This document shows, one piece after another, positions 1-7,818 of a stretch of DNA of 32,000 bases. The notes under the pieces are model-generated. The model did no database searches, had not been told where the DNA came from, and worked only from the letters and a program-made list of their open reading frames with translations. Both the position numbers and the translations under genes were made by a program. The DNA comes from Serratia phage PCH45: the sequence record NC_091964.1; one strand, given 5' to 3'. Within the stretch, counting starts at the first letter, position 1, and each line of letters opens with the position of its first letter.

Positions 1-66
1 ATCACCTCTGCCGTAATTAAAAAGGAAAGAGGGATTATCGCTTCTGAGGCAGTTTAGGAGTAAGAT

Positions 67-2730
67 ATGAACATTTCCGAATTAGTTAAGGCAGCTGTTG
101 CATACATGTCTAGTAAGTCTAACCCTGGACAAGTTACAGCAGCGCAGCTTGGATCATACAGCAAACAAGAACAAGATAACCTGTTCAGCGGGTTCCTTGA
201 CGCCGGGTCTTTCAATGCTTCTAAGTATGGCGATAACTCATGGCCTCGTCCTAACGTATTAGGAAACTGGCGCGGCGGCCAGCGTAACGAAGTTTACGAT
301 CGTTGTACGGTAATTGATGAGCCTGACGGTTCTTTCACTGTCATTGAGAATGCGACCGATGGCACATCAACTGGAGCGTATTATTCTTACGGTAAAGAAG
401 AGTACATCGATGGCCAGTGGAAGTTCAGCTGGAACCCGACTCCGGTTGCATACAGTCCTCCTATCCTTACGAAGTATAATGGGACATGGAAAGTTAAGTG
501 GATTGGATCTTCTGAAGGCAATACCGTTACCTGGGGTATGATGACGAACGTCGATACTCTGGAAGAGAAGTATTTCGTTTGCCTCACTAACGGAACAGGT
601 GATTCTAAGCAGCATATTTGCACCGAGTTTACCCCTGACGCCTTGATCAATAATAAGACGAGAGCGTTCCTGGTACGCAATAACGCCGTGTTCGTTAACT
701 TCGGTAACCCTACACTCAGTGTATTCACTATCCCGGTGAGCTCTATTCTGAGTGGTGCTGTTGCGACTCCGACAAGAATCACTAACTGGACAACAGATGG
801 TGTAAATGGTCGTATCACGGATACCGACATCAAACTAGCGTCTATGGTTTCTTCTACTAACTCGGGGGATGACTCGATGATGTGGAAGGACAGTAACGGT
901 TCTTTCTCGGGTGTCCAGGCAAGGGGATTCACTGCCAGTCACCCGACTGCTAATAAGTTCCGCCTCCATCTTTCCTACATGTACCGCTTTGTTTTCCCTG
1001 GTGGCGATATACTAGCGAAGGGATTCCATATTATCGATGTTGACCTGAGCGCTAAAACCGCTGTTGTATCTGCCAATACGCGTTATAAAGTTATGGCAGT
1101 CAACGACGGTATCATTCGCCTTAAGGCAAGTGGTGAGCAAGTAGGGTTGGGGGATCGTTACAATGGGACTCCGTGGAACTGGCATGGCGAGATAATGGTG
1201 ACTGACTCAGGTCGTCAAATCATCGTCAACTATCCTAACGAGGGATTAGGGAATATCAGCTCTGGTTATGTCGGGAAAGGAATCGGTACAACGGCATGGG
1301 ATAAGCTTGACCCTAGTAACTTTGTTTATTCCCAGGATTACGCTAAGCAGATCTACCGTCGCTTCGGTTCATTAGTTGGCGGCAATGCTTACCTTAAGAC
1401 AATGTTCCCAGGTAATGCAACGCTGCTGTACAGCACAGCCACAAATCCGGCTGACCAGGCCACACCTATGGGTATTTGGTCCTACACCAAAAACATAGGC
1501 GCCTATAATGGCTACAATTACAAAACTGATGTCGGTGCGTTAAAAGGTTATTATCCTTCCTCGGATAAAACTCGCGTAACCGCCCTGCAAGGCATAAACG
1601 CAATGACGACGCTCATGACAGGGAAAGATAAACGTGTAACAAACGTTTCGGCTGCCCTGCTTGATCCTGTACGTGGCGTACTCTCTGCCCCGTCTTCATT
1701 AGTATTAACAGACGGTAAAATTGTTGATGGCGGGAAGGGCGTGATCAGTGCGGCCAACGCAAACTTCATGGATGCGGTAGCTGCAAGTCAGGTAAATGCA
1801 GAAAGGGCAACGTTAGGGGCCGGTGATATTACAACGAAGTGTCAGTTGTGGATACCGCCGAAAGGTAAGCGTACTTATCCTCCGATAGCTATCATCGGGA
1901 TGTTCAATCCAGCGACGCTGGTAGCGATCCAGTTGTTCTACAACGTCAACGTAGTGATGCAGTCTGGCGATTTAAACAACGGTGTTATAGGGTCCATAAC
2001 GCTGGGAGATTTAATCTATCGTAATGCTCACACAGCTACGATTGGTTTCCAGCAGCAGGATATCTTCTCTGCGGGTTACGTGTACGAGCATTGTAACTCC
2101 AGTGATGCGCTGGTGTGGTCTGGTCTGTATGTACCGGCTCATTACTATTACGGCGTGGTTGGCGGTAACTACATTCCTCGCATTGGTGTTTCTATTCTGC
2201 CAGGCGAGAATAAGTATACGGCTTCTCGTTGTCGTTATAACCAGAGTTCTTCATGGTATCATGGACAAGATCCGAATCTTGTTGTCGATACTGTGGGCCC
2301 TGCATTTATTAACTTCACACTGACTCGCCAAGGCGGTGGCGCAGCTTTCTATTACCAGAAGCTGAACATCACTGACGACCCGATGTCATTCATCAACATT
2401 TCGATTAGCAGTGCTGATAATGCTAACTATATCTTAGTGAGCTCGCTCGTTTCCGATGAGTTTAAGATCTACTTTACGGATGACGAGGACTCGTTAATCG
2501 ATTCTGTTTACTATCTTATCAAATCAACCATCATCGATCTCGTTAACATTGACCCAAGTCCGGGCAATAAGAAGTTTTACGTCTATCTCAGTCTGGTAAA
2601 TGGCGAAGTATCTTATGTTATTAGTCGTAATGCCAATGAGAACTACGATCTTTATATCGGCTATGTCGTGACCAATGACACGCAGATTATTGAGATCGAG
2701 ATCGTTAAAGCGACGAAATTCGATTGGTGA
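67..2730 (+). CDS. large virion structural protein, tail-fibre-like (887 aa); function unassigned
   Basis: 887-codon ORF with AGGAG (56-60) 6 nt before the ATG. The N-terminal SNPGQVTAAQLGSYSK resembles the NPHxVTKAQxGL fibre motif repeated in the 3821..5551 product. First of four tightly packed same-strand genes. No enzymatic motif recognised, so the product name is contextual. Confidence 0.6.
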   Translation: MNISELVKAAVAYMSSKSNPGQVTAAQLGSYSKQEQDNLFSGFLDAGSFNASKYGDNSWPRPNVLGNWRGGQRNEVYDRCTVIDEPDGSFTVIENATDGTSTGAYYSYGKEEYIDGQWKFSWNPTPVAYSPPILTKYNGTWKVKWIGSSEGNTVTWGMMTNVDTLEEKYFVCLTNGTGDSKQHICTEFTPDALINNKTRAFLVRNNAVFVNFGNPTLSVFTIPVSSILSGAVATPTRITNWTTDGVNGRITDTDIKLASMVSSTNSGDDSMMWKDSNGSFSGVQARGFTASHPTANKFRLHLSYMYRFVFPGGDILAKGFHIIDVDLSAKTAVVSANTRYKVMAVNDGIIRLKASGEQVGLGDRYNGTPWNWHGEIMVTDSGRQIIVNYPNEGLGNISSGYVGKGIGTTAWDKLDPSNFVYSQDYAKQIYRRFGSLVGGNAYLKTMFPGNATLLYSTATNPADQATPMGIWSYTKNIGAYNGYNYKTDVGALKGYYPSSDKTRVTALQGINAMTTLMTGKDKRVTNVSAALLDPVRGVLSAPSSLVLTDGKIVDGGKGVISAANANFMDAVAASQVNAERATLGAGDITTKCQLWIPPKGKRTYPPIAIIGMFNPATLVAIQLFYNVNVVMQSGDLNNGVIGSITLGDLIYRNAHTATIGFQQQDIFSAGYVYEHCNSSDALVWSGLYVPAHYYYGVVGGNYIPRIGVSILPGENKYTASRCRYNQSSSWYHGQDPNLVVDTVGPAFINFTLTRQGGGAAFYYQKLNITDDPMSFINISISSADNANYILVSSLVSDEFKIYFTDDEDSLIDSVYYLIKSTIIDLVNIDPSPGNKKFYVYLSLVNGEVSYVISRNANENYDLYIGYVVTNDTQIIEIEIVKATKFDW

Positions 2731-2746
2731 CCTCAGGGAGGTTTAA

Positions 2747-3808
2747 ATGAAACAATCGGTGGAAAGGCTTCTTAAGTCTTTAGCCCCCGGTAGCTGGTTC
2801 CAGGGATCTCATTTGTTCGGAAAGAAAACGGCAAATAGCCCTGAACTTGAGGCCGGTGAATTAGTTAACCTCAGTACAGTCATTGGTTCCCCTTCGGAAC
2901 TTGACCAGATGCAGGGGATTAAGTTTAAAGATGTTTTCAGTACATGGAAACGCATTGCTTTAAACGGTAGTAACCCGAATGCGTCACCGGAGGAGCTGGA
3001 TACCTGGTCTTTCGACGATGCGACTGATACAGTTCATTGTACAGTTAACTCTGTTTCCACCGTTGGTTTCATTAGCCCGAATGCCTACGATCATTATACG
3101 TTCGAGGTAGACATCTCGAGTTCGCATGGTGACGATGACGGGATCGGGCTATGTCTCGCCTATGTAGGTGAGGGAACCTCCGCTTACTCCCTTTGCCTTT
3201 ATCGACAGGGCGGGTCAAACGTTCAACCTGCGAAAAGTCCAGTTGCACCGTTTGCGCTGGTTTATCAACCTGGTGTCGCTAATCTTCCGGGATACGATCC
3301 TACAACCCGTAAGGTTGGCGGTGTAGTAGGTAACCTCGTCTTCCCTGACGGTACGCCTATCCCAGCAGAGGGCATCAGTACCAACGGACTTAACTTGGGA
3401 TGGGATGCACTGGGAGTAGTACGCGTTAAGGTTGTCCGTGAGGGTAACGTTATTACCTGCCAAACCTCGAAGGGACGCGGTGATTTAACTTACGACCCAG
3501 CGAACAAGTTTGTTATTGATCTCAATTCGTCAGACGACTTACGGAAATTCATCCCTCCGTGTCGTGTAGGCTTTATTGCATATAGCCAGCCGAATGCGAG
3601 TTTCAAATCACTTCTGCAACCGGGAGTGAATGATCAGATCATCGATGCACGTACTAACAGTGTATGGACCTACGACGGCACTAATTGGAACAACGCCCCT
3701 TTCACCGCAGAAAATGCACCAGTAAAAGAAGGGCGTATGTACAAGAATGCAATCACGGGTTCCCTTTATTACGTCGCGGGTGGTTTCAACTTCATCCGGC
3801 TAAATTAG
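2747..3808 (+). CDS. hypothetical structural protein in the tail-fibre block (353 aa)
   Basis: ORF starts 16 nt after the previous stop, with GGGAGG (2736-2741) 5 nt upstream. It lies between two fibre-like genes. The segment YDHYTFEVDISSSHGDDDGIGLCLAY is weakly reminiscent of ConA/LamG-type beta-sandwich folds (from memory, unverified). Confidence 0.5.
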   Translation: MKQSVERLLKSLAPGSWFQGSHLFGKKTANSPELEAGELVNLSTVIGSPSELDQMQGIKFKDVFSTWKRIALNGSNPNASPEELDTWSFDDATDTVHCTVNSVSTVGFISPNAYDHYTFEVDISSSHGDDDGIGLCLAYVGEGTSAYSLCLYRQGGSNVQPAKSPVAPFALVYQPGVANLPGYDPTTRKVGGVVGNLVFPDGTPIPAEGISTNGLNLGWDALGVVRVKVVREGNVITCQTSKGRGDLTYDPANKFVIDLNSSDDLRKFIPPCRVGFIAYSQPNASFKSLLQPGVNDQIIDARTNSVWTYDGTNWNNAPFTAENAPVKEGRMYKNAITGSLYYVAGGFNFIRLN

Positions 3809-3820
3809 TAGGGAATAGAG

Positions 3821-5551
3821 ATGGCTAACAATTTTATTAAGAAGTATCCGTTAGACCGGACAGCCAAAGCGGTATCGAACCGTATCGAAGACGAGCAACA
3901 TAACGTCGGCGTTCAGTTCAACCGTATTGTGGCTCCGAATGCCGGTCCGTATTACGAAGACTCCATGGTGGTCTACGATACGAACGGTAACGAACTGAAG
4001 AAGGGCATTGACTGGGATCCGCTCATGCCGTACACCGAGGCTTCGGTGACGATGGGTATTCCGGTTACTAACATGCTCGTGATTAAGAACAAAGACATTA
4101 CTGAAGTTGTTCTTAAGCGCTACCAGGTTCCGGGCGGTTTGTACCAGACCTATACCGATGCGATCATTGACCTCATCAATTCGTTGATGCAGGACAACCG
4201 TCAAGTCATGTGGGATGACCTGGGCGGCAAGCCAATCCGTTTCCAGCCAACGGCTCACCTTCATCACCTGAAGGATCTGTACGGTTACGAGTATGAAGTT
4301 CTGGCGCTGGAAGAAATTCTTCGCGCTATTCAGAACGGCGACATCGCAGCCCACGATGTAATCTATCAGTACATCGAAAACTTACGTGAATGGACGAAAG
4401 ACCAGATCGCTAAGTTACAGGCTCAGGTAGATGACCTGTACCAGCAAGTCGAGCGTCTTGATAAGCGTATCGATGGTGTTCTGGCTGACCTCGACGTAGT
4501 GCGTAAAAACTTAGCTGCTCACATTGCAGATAAAAATAACCCGCATGCGGTGACAAAAGCACAGACTGGCTTAGGTCTGGTAGAGAACTACGCGATCGCA
4601 ACCACATCGGAAGCACAGGCAGGTGTTGTTACTAATAAGTACATGACTCCTGCCTTGGTTGCTGCGTACGCTGTATCGAAGGTCTTCCCTGTCATTCAGG
4701 CCCACATCGATGACAAGAACAACCCTCATGCTACTACCAAAGCCCAAGTAGGTTTGAGTCTGGTGGAGAACTATCCTCCTGCTACTCAGGCTGAAGGTAT
4801 TGCCGGTGCACTGAGTAACCGTTACATGACGCCGCTTAACGTGGCTCAGTTCATGAACTCGAATGTCTGGCCGACAATCAACAACCATATCAACAACCGC
4901 AGTAACCCACATGGTGTTACTAAAGCGCAAGTTGGCCTTGGTTCCGTTGATAACTTCCCAACTGCATCTGTAGCGGAAGCAAACGGTGGTGGTGCTACCA
5001 ACCGCTTCATGACCCCACAGCTCACAGCCTCTCTGTGGCAGACGTTCTATAATGCTCGTCTGGCTACTGGCGGTAACGCTGCGGTGAACATGAACAAGAT
5101 CGTGACGGTGGCAAGTGACTACGCAACGCGTATCGGCCAGTACCTGTTGTTCCAGACTGCTGCGGGTGAAGTAACTCGTCTGTACTGGGACGGCGGTTCC
5201 CTGAACTGTTCAGGCAACATGAACGTTAACGATGTTTATATTCGTTCGGATATCCGAGTGAAAGACAAAGTACGTTACCTGGACGATACCAATGAGAAAA
5301 TGACTCCTAAACTCCGTAATCTGGCAACTGGCCTTGCGCGTTATGTGTATAATGCTACGCCGGATGAAGAAGAGTTAGGGATCATCGCTCAGGTTGTTCA
5401 AGAGGTCATGCCGGAGCTTACGGTAACCAACCAGGAAAGTGGTATCATCTCCCTTAAACACGCGGGGTTGATTGCTGCCCTGCTTAAAGGCTGGTCCGAG
5501 AACGACGAACGTCTGTCTAAACTCGAACAACACCTCGGTGTTACGGCCTAA
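3821..5551 (+). CDS. tail fibre protein with C-terminal intramolecular chaperone (peptidase S74-type) domain
   Basis: Three tandem 61-aa repeats carry the widespread fibre motif (D/N)xxNPHxVTKAQxGLxxVxN...(Y/F)MTP. A coiled-coil segment precedes them (AKLQAQVDDLYQQVERLDKRIDGVLADLD). The C-terminal ~100 aa begin with SDIRVKDKV (Ser476, codon 5246-5248), matching the SDxRxK start of endosialidase/T5 pb1-type autocleaving chaperone domains. Confidence 0.8.
   Translation: MANNFIKKYPLDRTAKAVSNRIEDEQHNVGVQFNRIVAPNAGPYYEDSMVVYDTNGNELKKGIDWDPLMPYTEASVTMGIPVTNMLVIKNKDITEVVLKRYQVPGGLYQTYTDAIIDLINSLMQDNRQVMWDDLGGKPIRFQPTAHLHHLKDLYGYEYEVLALEEILRAIQNGDIAAHDVIYQYIENLREWTKDQIAKLQAQVDDLYQQVERLDKRIDGVLADLDVVRKNLAAHIADKNNPHAVTKAQTGLGLVENYAIATTSEAQAGVVTNKYMTPALVAAYAVSKVFPVIQAHIDDKNNPHATTKAQVGLSLVENYPPATQAEGIAGALSNRYMTPLNVAQFMNSNVWPTINNHINNRSNPHGVTKAQVGLGSVDNFPTASVAEANGGGATNRFMTPQLTASLWQTFYNARLATGGNAAVNMNKIVTVASDYATRIGQYLLFQTAAGEVTRLYWDGGSLNCSGNMNVNDVYIRSDIRVKDKVRYLDDTNEKMTPKLRNLATGLARYVYNATPDEEELGIIAQVVQEVMPELTVTNQESGIISLKHAGLIAALLKGWSENDERLSKLEQHLGVTA
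4520..5068 (+). repeat. three in-frame tandem repeats, period exactly 183 nt (61 aa), inside the fibre gene
   Basis: Repeat units start at His codons 4520, 4703 and 4886 (HIADKNNPHAVTKAQTGLGLVENY / HIDDKNNPHATTKAQVGLSLVENY / HINNRSNPHGVTKAQVGLGSVDNF). They are diverged at the DNA level but conserved as protein. Confidence 0.85.
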
Positions 5552-5559
5552 CAATTAGA

Positions 5560-5585
5560 AGGGAGGGAAACCTCCCTCTGTTTTA
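5560..5585 (+). terminator. hairpin (7 bp, GAAA tetraloop) plus short T tract after the fibre gene
   Basis: AGGGAGG (5560-5566), GAAA loop, CCTCCCT (5571-5577), followed by CTGTTTTA. It lies 9 nt after the stop at 5551. The next gene continues on the same strand, so this may be a leaky terminator or stabiliser. Confidence 0.55.
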
Positions 5586-5595
5586 GGAGAGAACA

Positions 5596-6708
5596 ATGGA
5601 TCTTTATTACCGTACTCAATTCGGTTGGTCCGGCTGGGCAGATGCCGATGGTTATCAGGCAGGTAATGCTCCTGGTACGTGGGGTGTTACGGGCGGTCCA
5701 GGATCAGAACCAGGAAGTCGTGAGTTCTACGATGATATCCAGCAGTTCTGGGCGATTGACCTTCGGTCAGTAGCTAACCCTTATCCTGACTTTAACCTCG
5801 AGTCTGTCATTGTTGAAACATGGTCGCGTAAGAAGAAACACTCTGAAGAGCATGTCGTCAAAATTGCAGATTACTTCGCAGGTAGTTGGGCGGACAACCC
5901 GGCAAGCCAACCTTATAATCAACTGGTTCCAGCAAGACCACTTGCACCTGAACAGCATGTATGGACATCTAAGAACAGCGTAACTAGCCGTACTACTACC
6001 CATAACCTGTACAGGGCAATTCCGCTTTCAACATTCCAGCGCTCTCCTCTGTTTATTAGTATCAGGGGTATGCCAAACTCCCGTCGATCTTATGGCTATG
6101 CCAAAGTCGTAGGTATCAGAGCATGGCGAGAGCGTCAGATGTTCCCAGGCTGGGCAAGTAACGTAATGCGTCAGGCAGAACGTGCAGTTCCGGGTTGGGG
6201 TTCTCAGCTCTTGGGTGGCGGTCACTGGTTGTCAGAATATCGGGCTGATCGAGAATATCTTGGTATCAGTTGGCCTCCTGTCAATCCAGATAGCTGGACA
6301 CATACAGGCGGTCGCGGCGGCGGTATCCCTGGTACTTTGTGGGGCGGTACTCGTGGTTATGCTACGTTTACTCCTCCGACGAAGCGAAATGTCATTGGCG
6401 TTAAGATAGAGTTTGACGTTAAGAAGAAACAGGGTAGCCATCACGGGCATTATGCAAGATGGCTATGTAGTGCAATTAATAATCCAGACGCTATGGATTA
6501 TAACTACGAGTACTACTATAATGACAACGGCCCTAACCCGCATACCGTAATCTTGAAAGCAGATCGGGTTATTGGTGCAGGTCAACCTATCTATGTTCAG
6601 GGTAGGAAGAACGGTGACCGTGGTGATGGTACTACCTTCAACTACGTCCGTATTACTGACATCTATTACCAAGGCGATCCTGAGCCGGTTTGGTGGCAAC
6701 GTAACTAA
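5596..6708 (+). CDS. hypothetical protein (370 aa, Trp/Gly-rich), probably virion-associated
   Basis: AGGAGAG lies upstream of the ATG. Last gene of the plus-strand fibre block, followed by a strong hairpin. No motif recognised. Confidence 0.55.
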   Translation: MDLYYRTQFGWSGWADADGYQAGNAPGTWGVTGGPGSEPGSREFYDDIQQFWAIDLRSVANPYPDFNLESVIVETWSRKKKHSEEHVVKIADYFAGSWADNPASQPYNQLVPARPLAPEQHVWTSKNSVTSRTTTHNLYRAIPLSTFQRSPLFISIRGMPNSRRSYGYAKVVGIRAWRERQMFPGWASNVMRQAERAVPGWGSQLLGGGHWLSEYRADREYLGISWPPVNPDSWTHTGGRGGGIPGTLWGGTRGYATFTPPTKRNVIGVKIEFDVKKKQGSHHGHYARWLCSAINNPDAMDYNYEYYYNDNGPNPHTVILKADRVIGAGQPIYVQGRKNGDRGDGTTFNYVRITDIYYQGDPEPVWWQRN

Positions 6709-6720
6709 GCAGCACAAAGC

Positions 6721-6746
6721 CCCTCTCTCCCTTGCGGGAGAGAGGG
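6721..6746. terminator. bidirectional hairpin between convergent genes
   Basis: Perfect 11-bp stem CCCTCTCTCCC (6721-6731) / GGGAGAGAGGG (6736-6746) with loop TTGC (GCAA on the minus strand). It lies between the stop at 6708 (+) and the stop at 6757 (-). Confidence 0.7.
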
Positions 6747-6756
6747 AGTTGTGTTG

Positions 6757-7755
6757 TTAGCCTGCGACTGGGGCGGTAGTAATTGCGTTTTCGCCTTGAG
6801 CTCTGTGCTTGTGCTGATTGAGAGAAACAGTCTTCGTTTTGACATCCGCATCCGTGGTAATATCTTTAGTAACAGACAAGCCACCATTAGCCTTGCCTGT
6901 TCCTGTAAAGGTCCAGTCACCTTCGATATTAACATTACCCTTGTGATTCCAGGTAGTAGCAGAAGACTGCATCGTCTTAGCTTCGAGATAGAACTCTTCG
7001 CACTTCAAGAAGAATTGCTTGGTCTGTATTGCGATCTTCTTATCAGACTGCATGAAGATGCTATCCTCAGAACCGATCATGATGTTCTGTTTGTCCAGGA
7101 TAACATACGAACCTTCATTGTTACGCATAGCCCAGCGTTTAGCTTTGGTGTCTAGCGTTAGTTCGTTCCCTTCAGCGTCAGCAAGAGAAATAATACCGTT
7201 ACCGCCGTCCAGCAAGAGACTGTATACAGATATCTCTTTGTTAGCAGCGGCCGTCGAGATGTTAATGATGCGTTGGTGTCCAGACATCTCGATACGATAA
7301 TGTTCCTCGATGATCGCATCTTTTTCGCTTTTATTACTGTTGGGTAAATCAAGTCGACCACTCGCACCCAGGATAATGGTTTCACCGCGACGTTTACCTT
7401 TACCGTCGCCCATCTCCTTCCAGTACACTTGTACCTGGTCACCGTAACGATAAAGTTTAACCTTTTCGCCACGACGTACGTCGGGAGCAGTTAAGCGAAA
7501 ACTATCATCAGGCAGCCAGAGAGCATCGCGCGATGAGTTAGTGTATAAGGTAGCAGTCTTCTCGATGCCTTTAGAGTCTTTAAACTTACTTTCAAGGCGA
7601 AGGTTCTCAGAAACCATATCGCCAGGAGTAAGCGGGTTTTCCTCGACGGGACGATAAAGGATGACACGAGATCCAAGAGGTTTGTTCTCGGATACCGTAC
7701 CCATACCGATATAATGATAGCCACGAGGCGTCGTACTTTCTTCTGCCATTTTCAA
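6757..7755 (-). CDS. baseplate central spike / hub protein (P2 gpV, T4 gp5, VgrG-like)
   Basis: 332 aa. The central region has a beta-helix-like alternating pattern. The C-terminal GNVNIEGDWTFTGTGKANGGLSVTKDITTDADVKTKTVSLNQHKHRAQG ends in the SLxxHxH apex motif known from iron-loaded spikes (P2 gpV, phi92 gp138). Confidence 0.6.
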   Translation of the reverse strand: MKMAEESTTPRGYHYIGMGTVSENKPLGSRVILYRPVEENPLTPGDMVSENLRLESKFKDSKGIEKTATLYTNSSRDALWLPDDSFRLTAPDVRRGEKVKLYRYGDQVQVYWKEMGDGKGKRRGETIILGASGRLDLPNSNKSEKDAIIEEHYRIEMSGHQRIINISTAAANKEISVYSLLLDGGNGIISLADAEGNELTLDTKAKRWAMRNNEGSYVILDKQNIMIGSEDSIFMQSDKKIAIQTKQFFLKCEEFYLEAKTMQSSATTWNHKGNVNIEGDWTFTGTGKANGGLSVTKDITTDADVKTKTVSLNQHKHRAQGENAITTAPVAG

Positions 7756-7773
7756 CGCTCTCTTTTTTCAAGA

Positions 7774-7799
7774 AGATGTCTTATCAATTGAAGACATTT
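7774..7799. promoter_or_regulatory. inverted repeat in a divergent intergenic region
   Basis: AAGATGTCTT (7774-7782 arm) / AAGACATTT (7791-7799 arm): 9 bp including one G-T pair, with an 8-nt loop ATCAATTG. The palindrome TTAATTAA follows immediately at 7798-7805. It sits between the starts at 7755 (-) and 7819 (+). Confidence 0.3.
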
Positions 7800-7818
7800 A
7801 ATTAAAGGGTTTCATAGG

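Noticed and set aside
1-57. Possible 3' end of an upstream plus-strand gene (frame 1 is open from base 1 to TAG at 55-57)
   Set aside because: Only 18 codons are visible, and the other frames stop at 14-18. It cannot be supported from this window alone.
387-932. 181-aa antisense ORF, with similar cases at 3851..4354, 4571..4930, 6751..7155 and 19389..19853
   Set aside because: All are nested antisense within long, well-supported genes. They have no SD and skewed composition, and are likely chance ORFs.
5596-6708. Possible internal duplication in the 370-aa protein (VIVETWSRKKKHSEEHVVKIADYF versus VIGVKIEFDVKKKQGSHHGHYARWL)
   Set aside because: The similarity is short and weak by eye and could be chance. 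It needs a statistical self-alignment.
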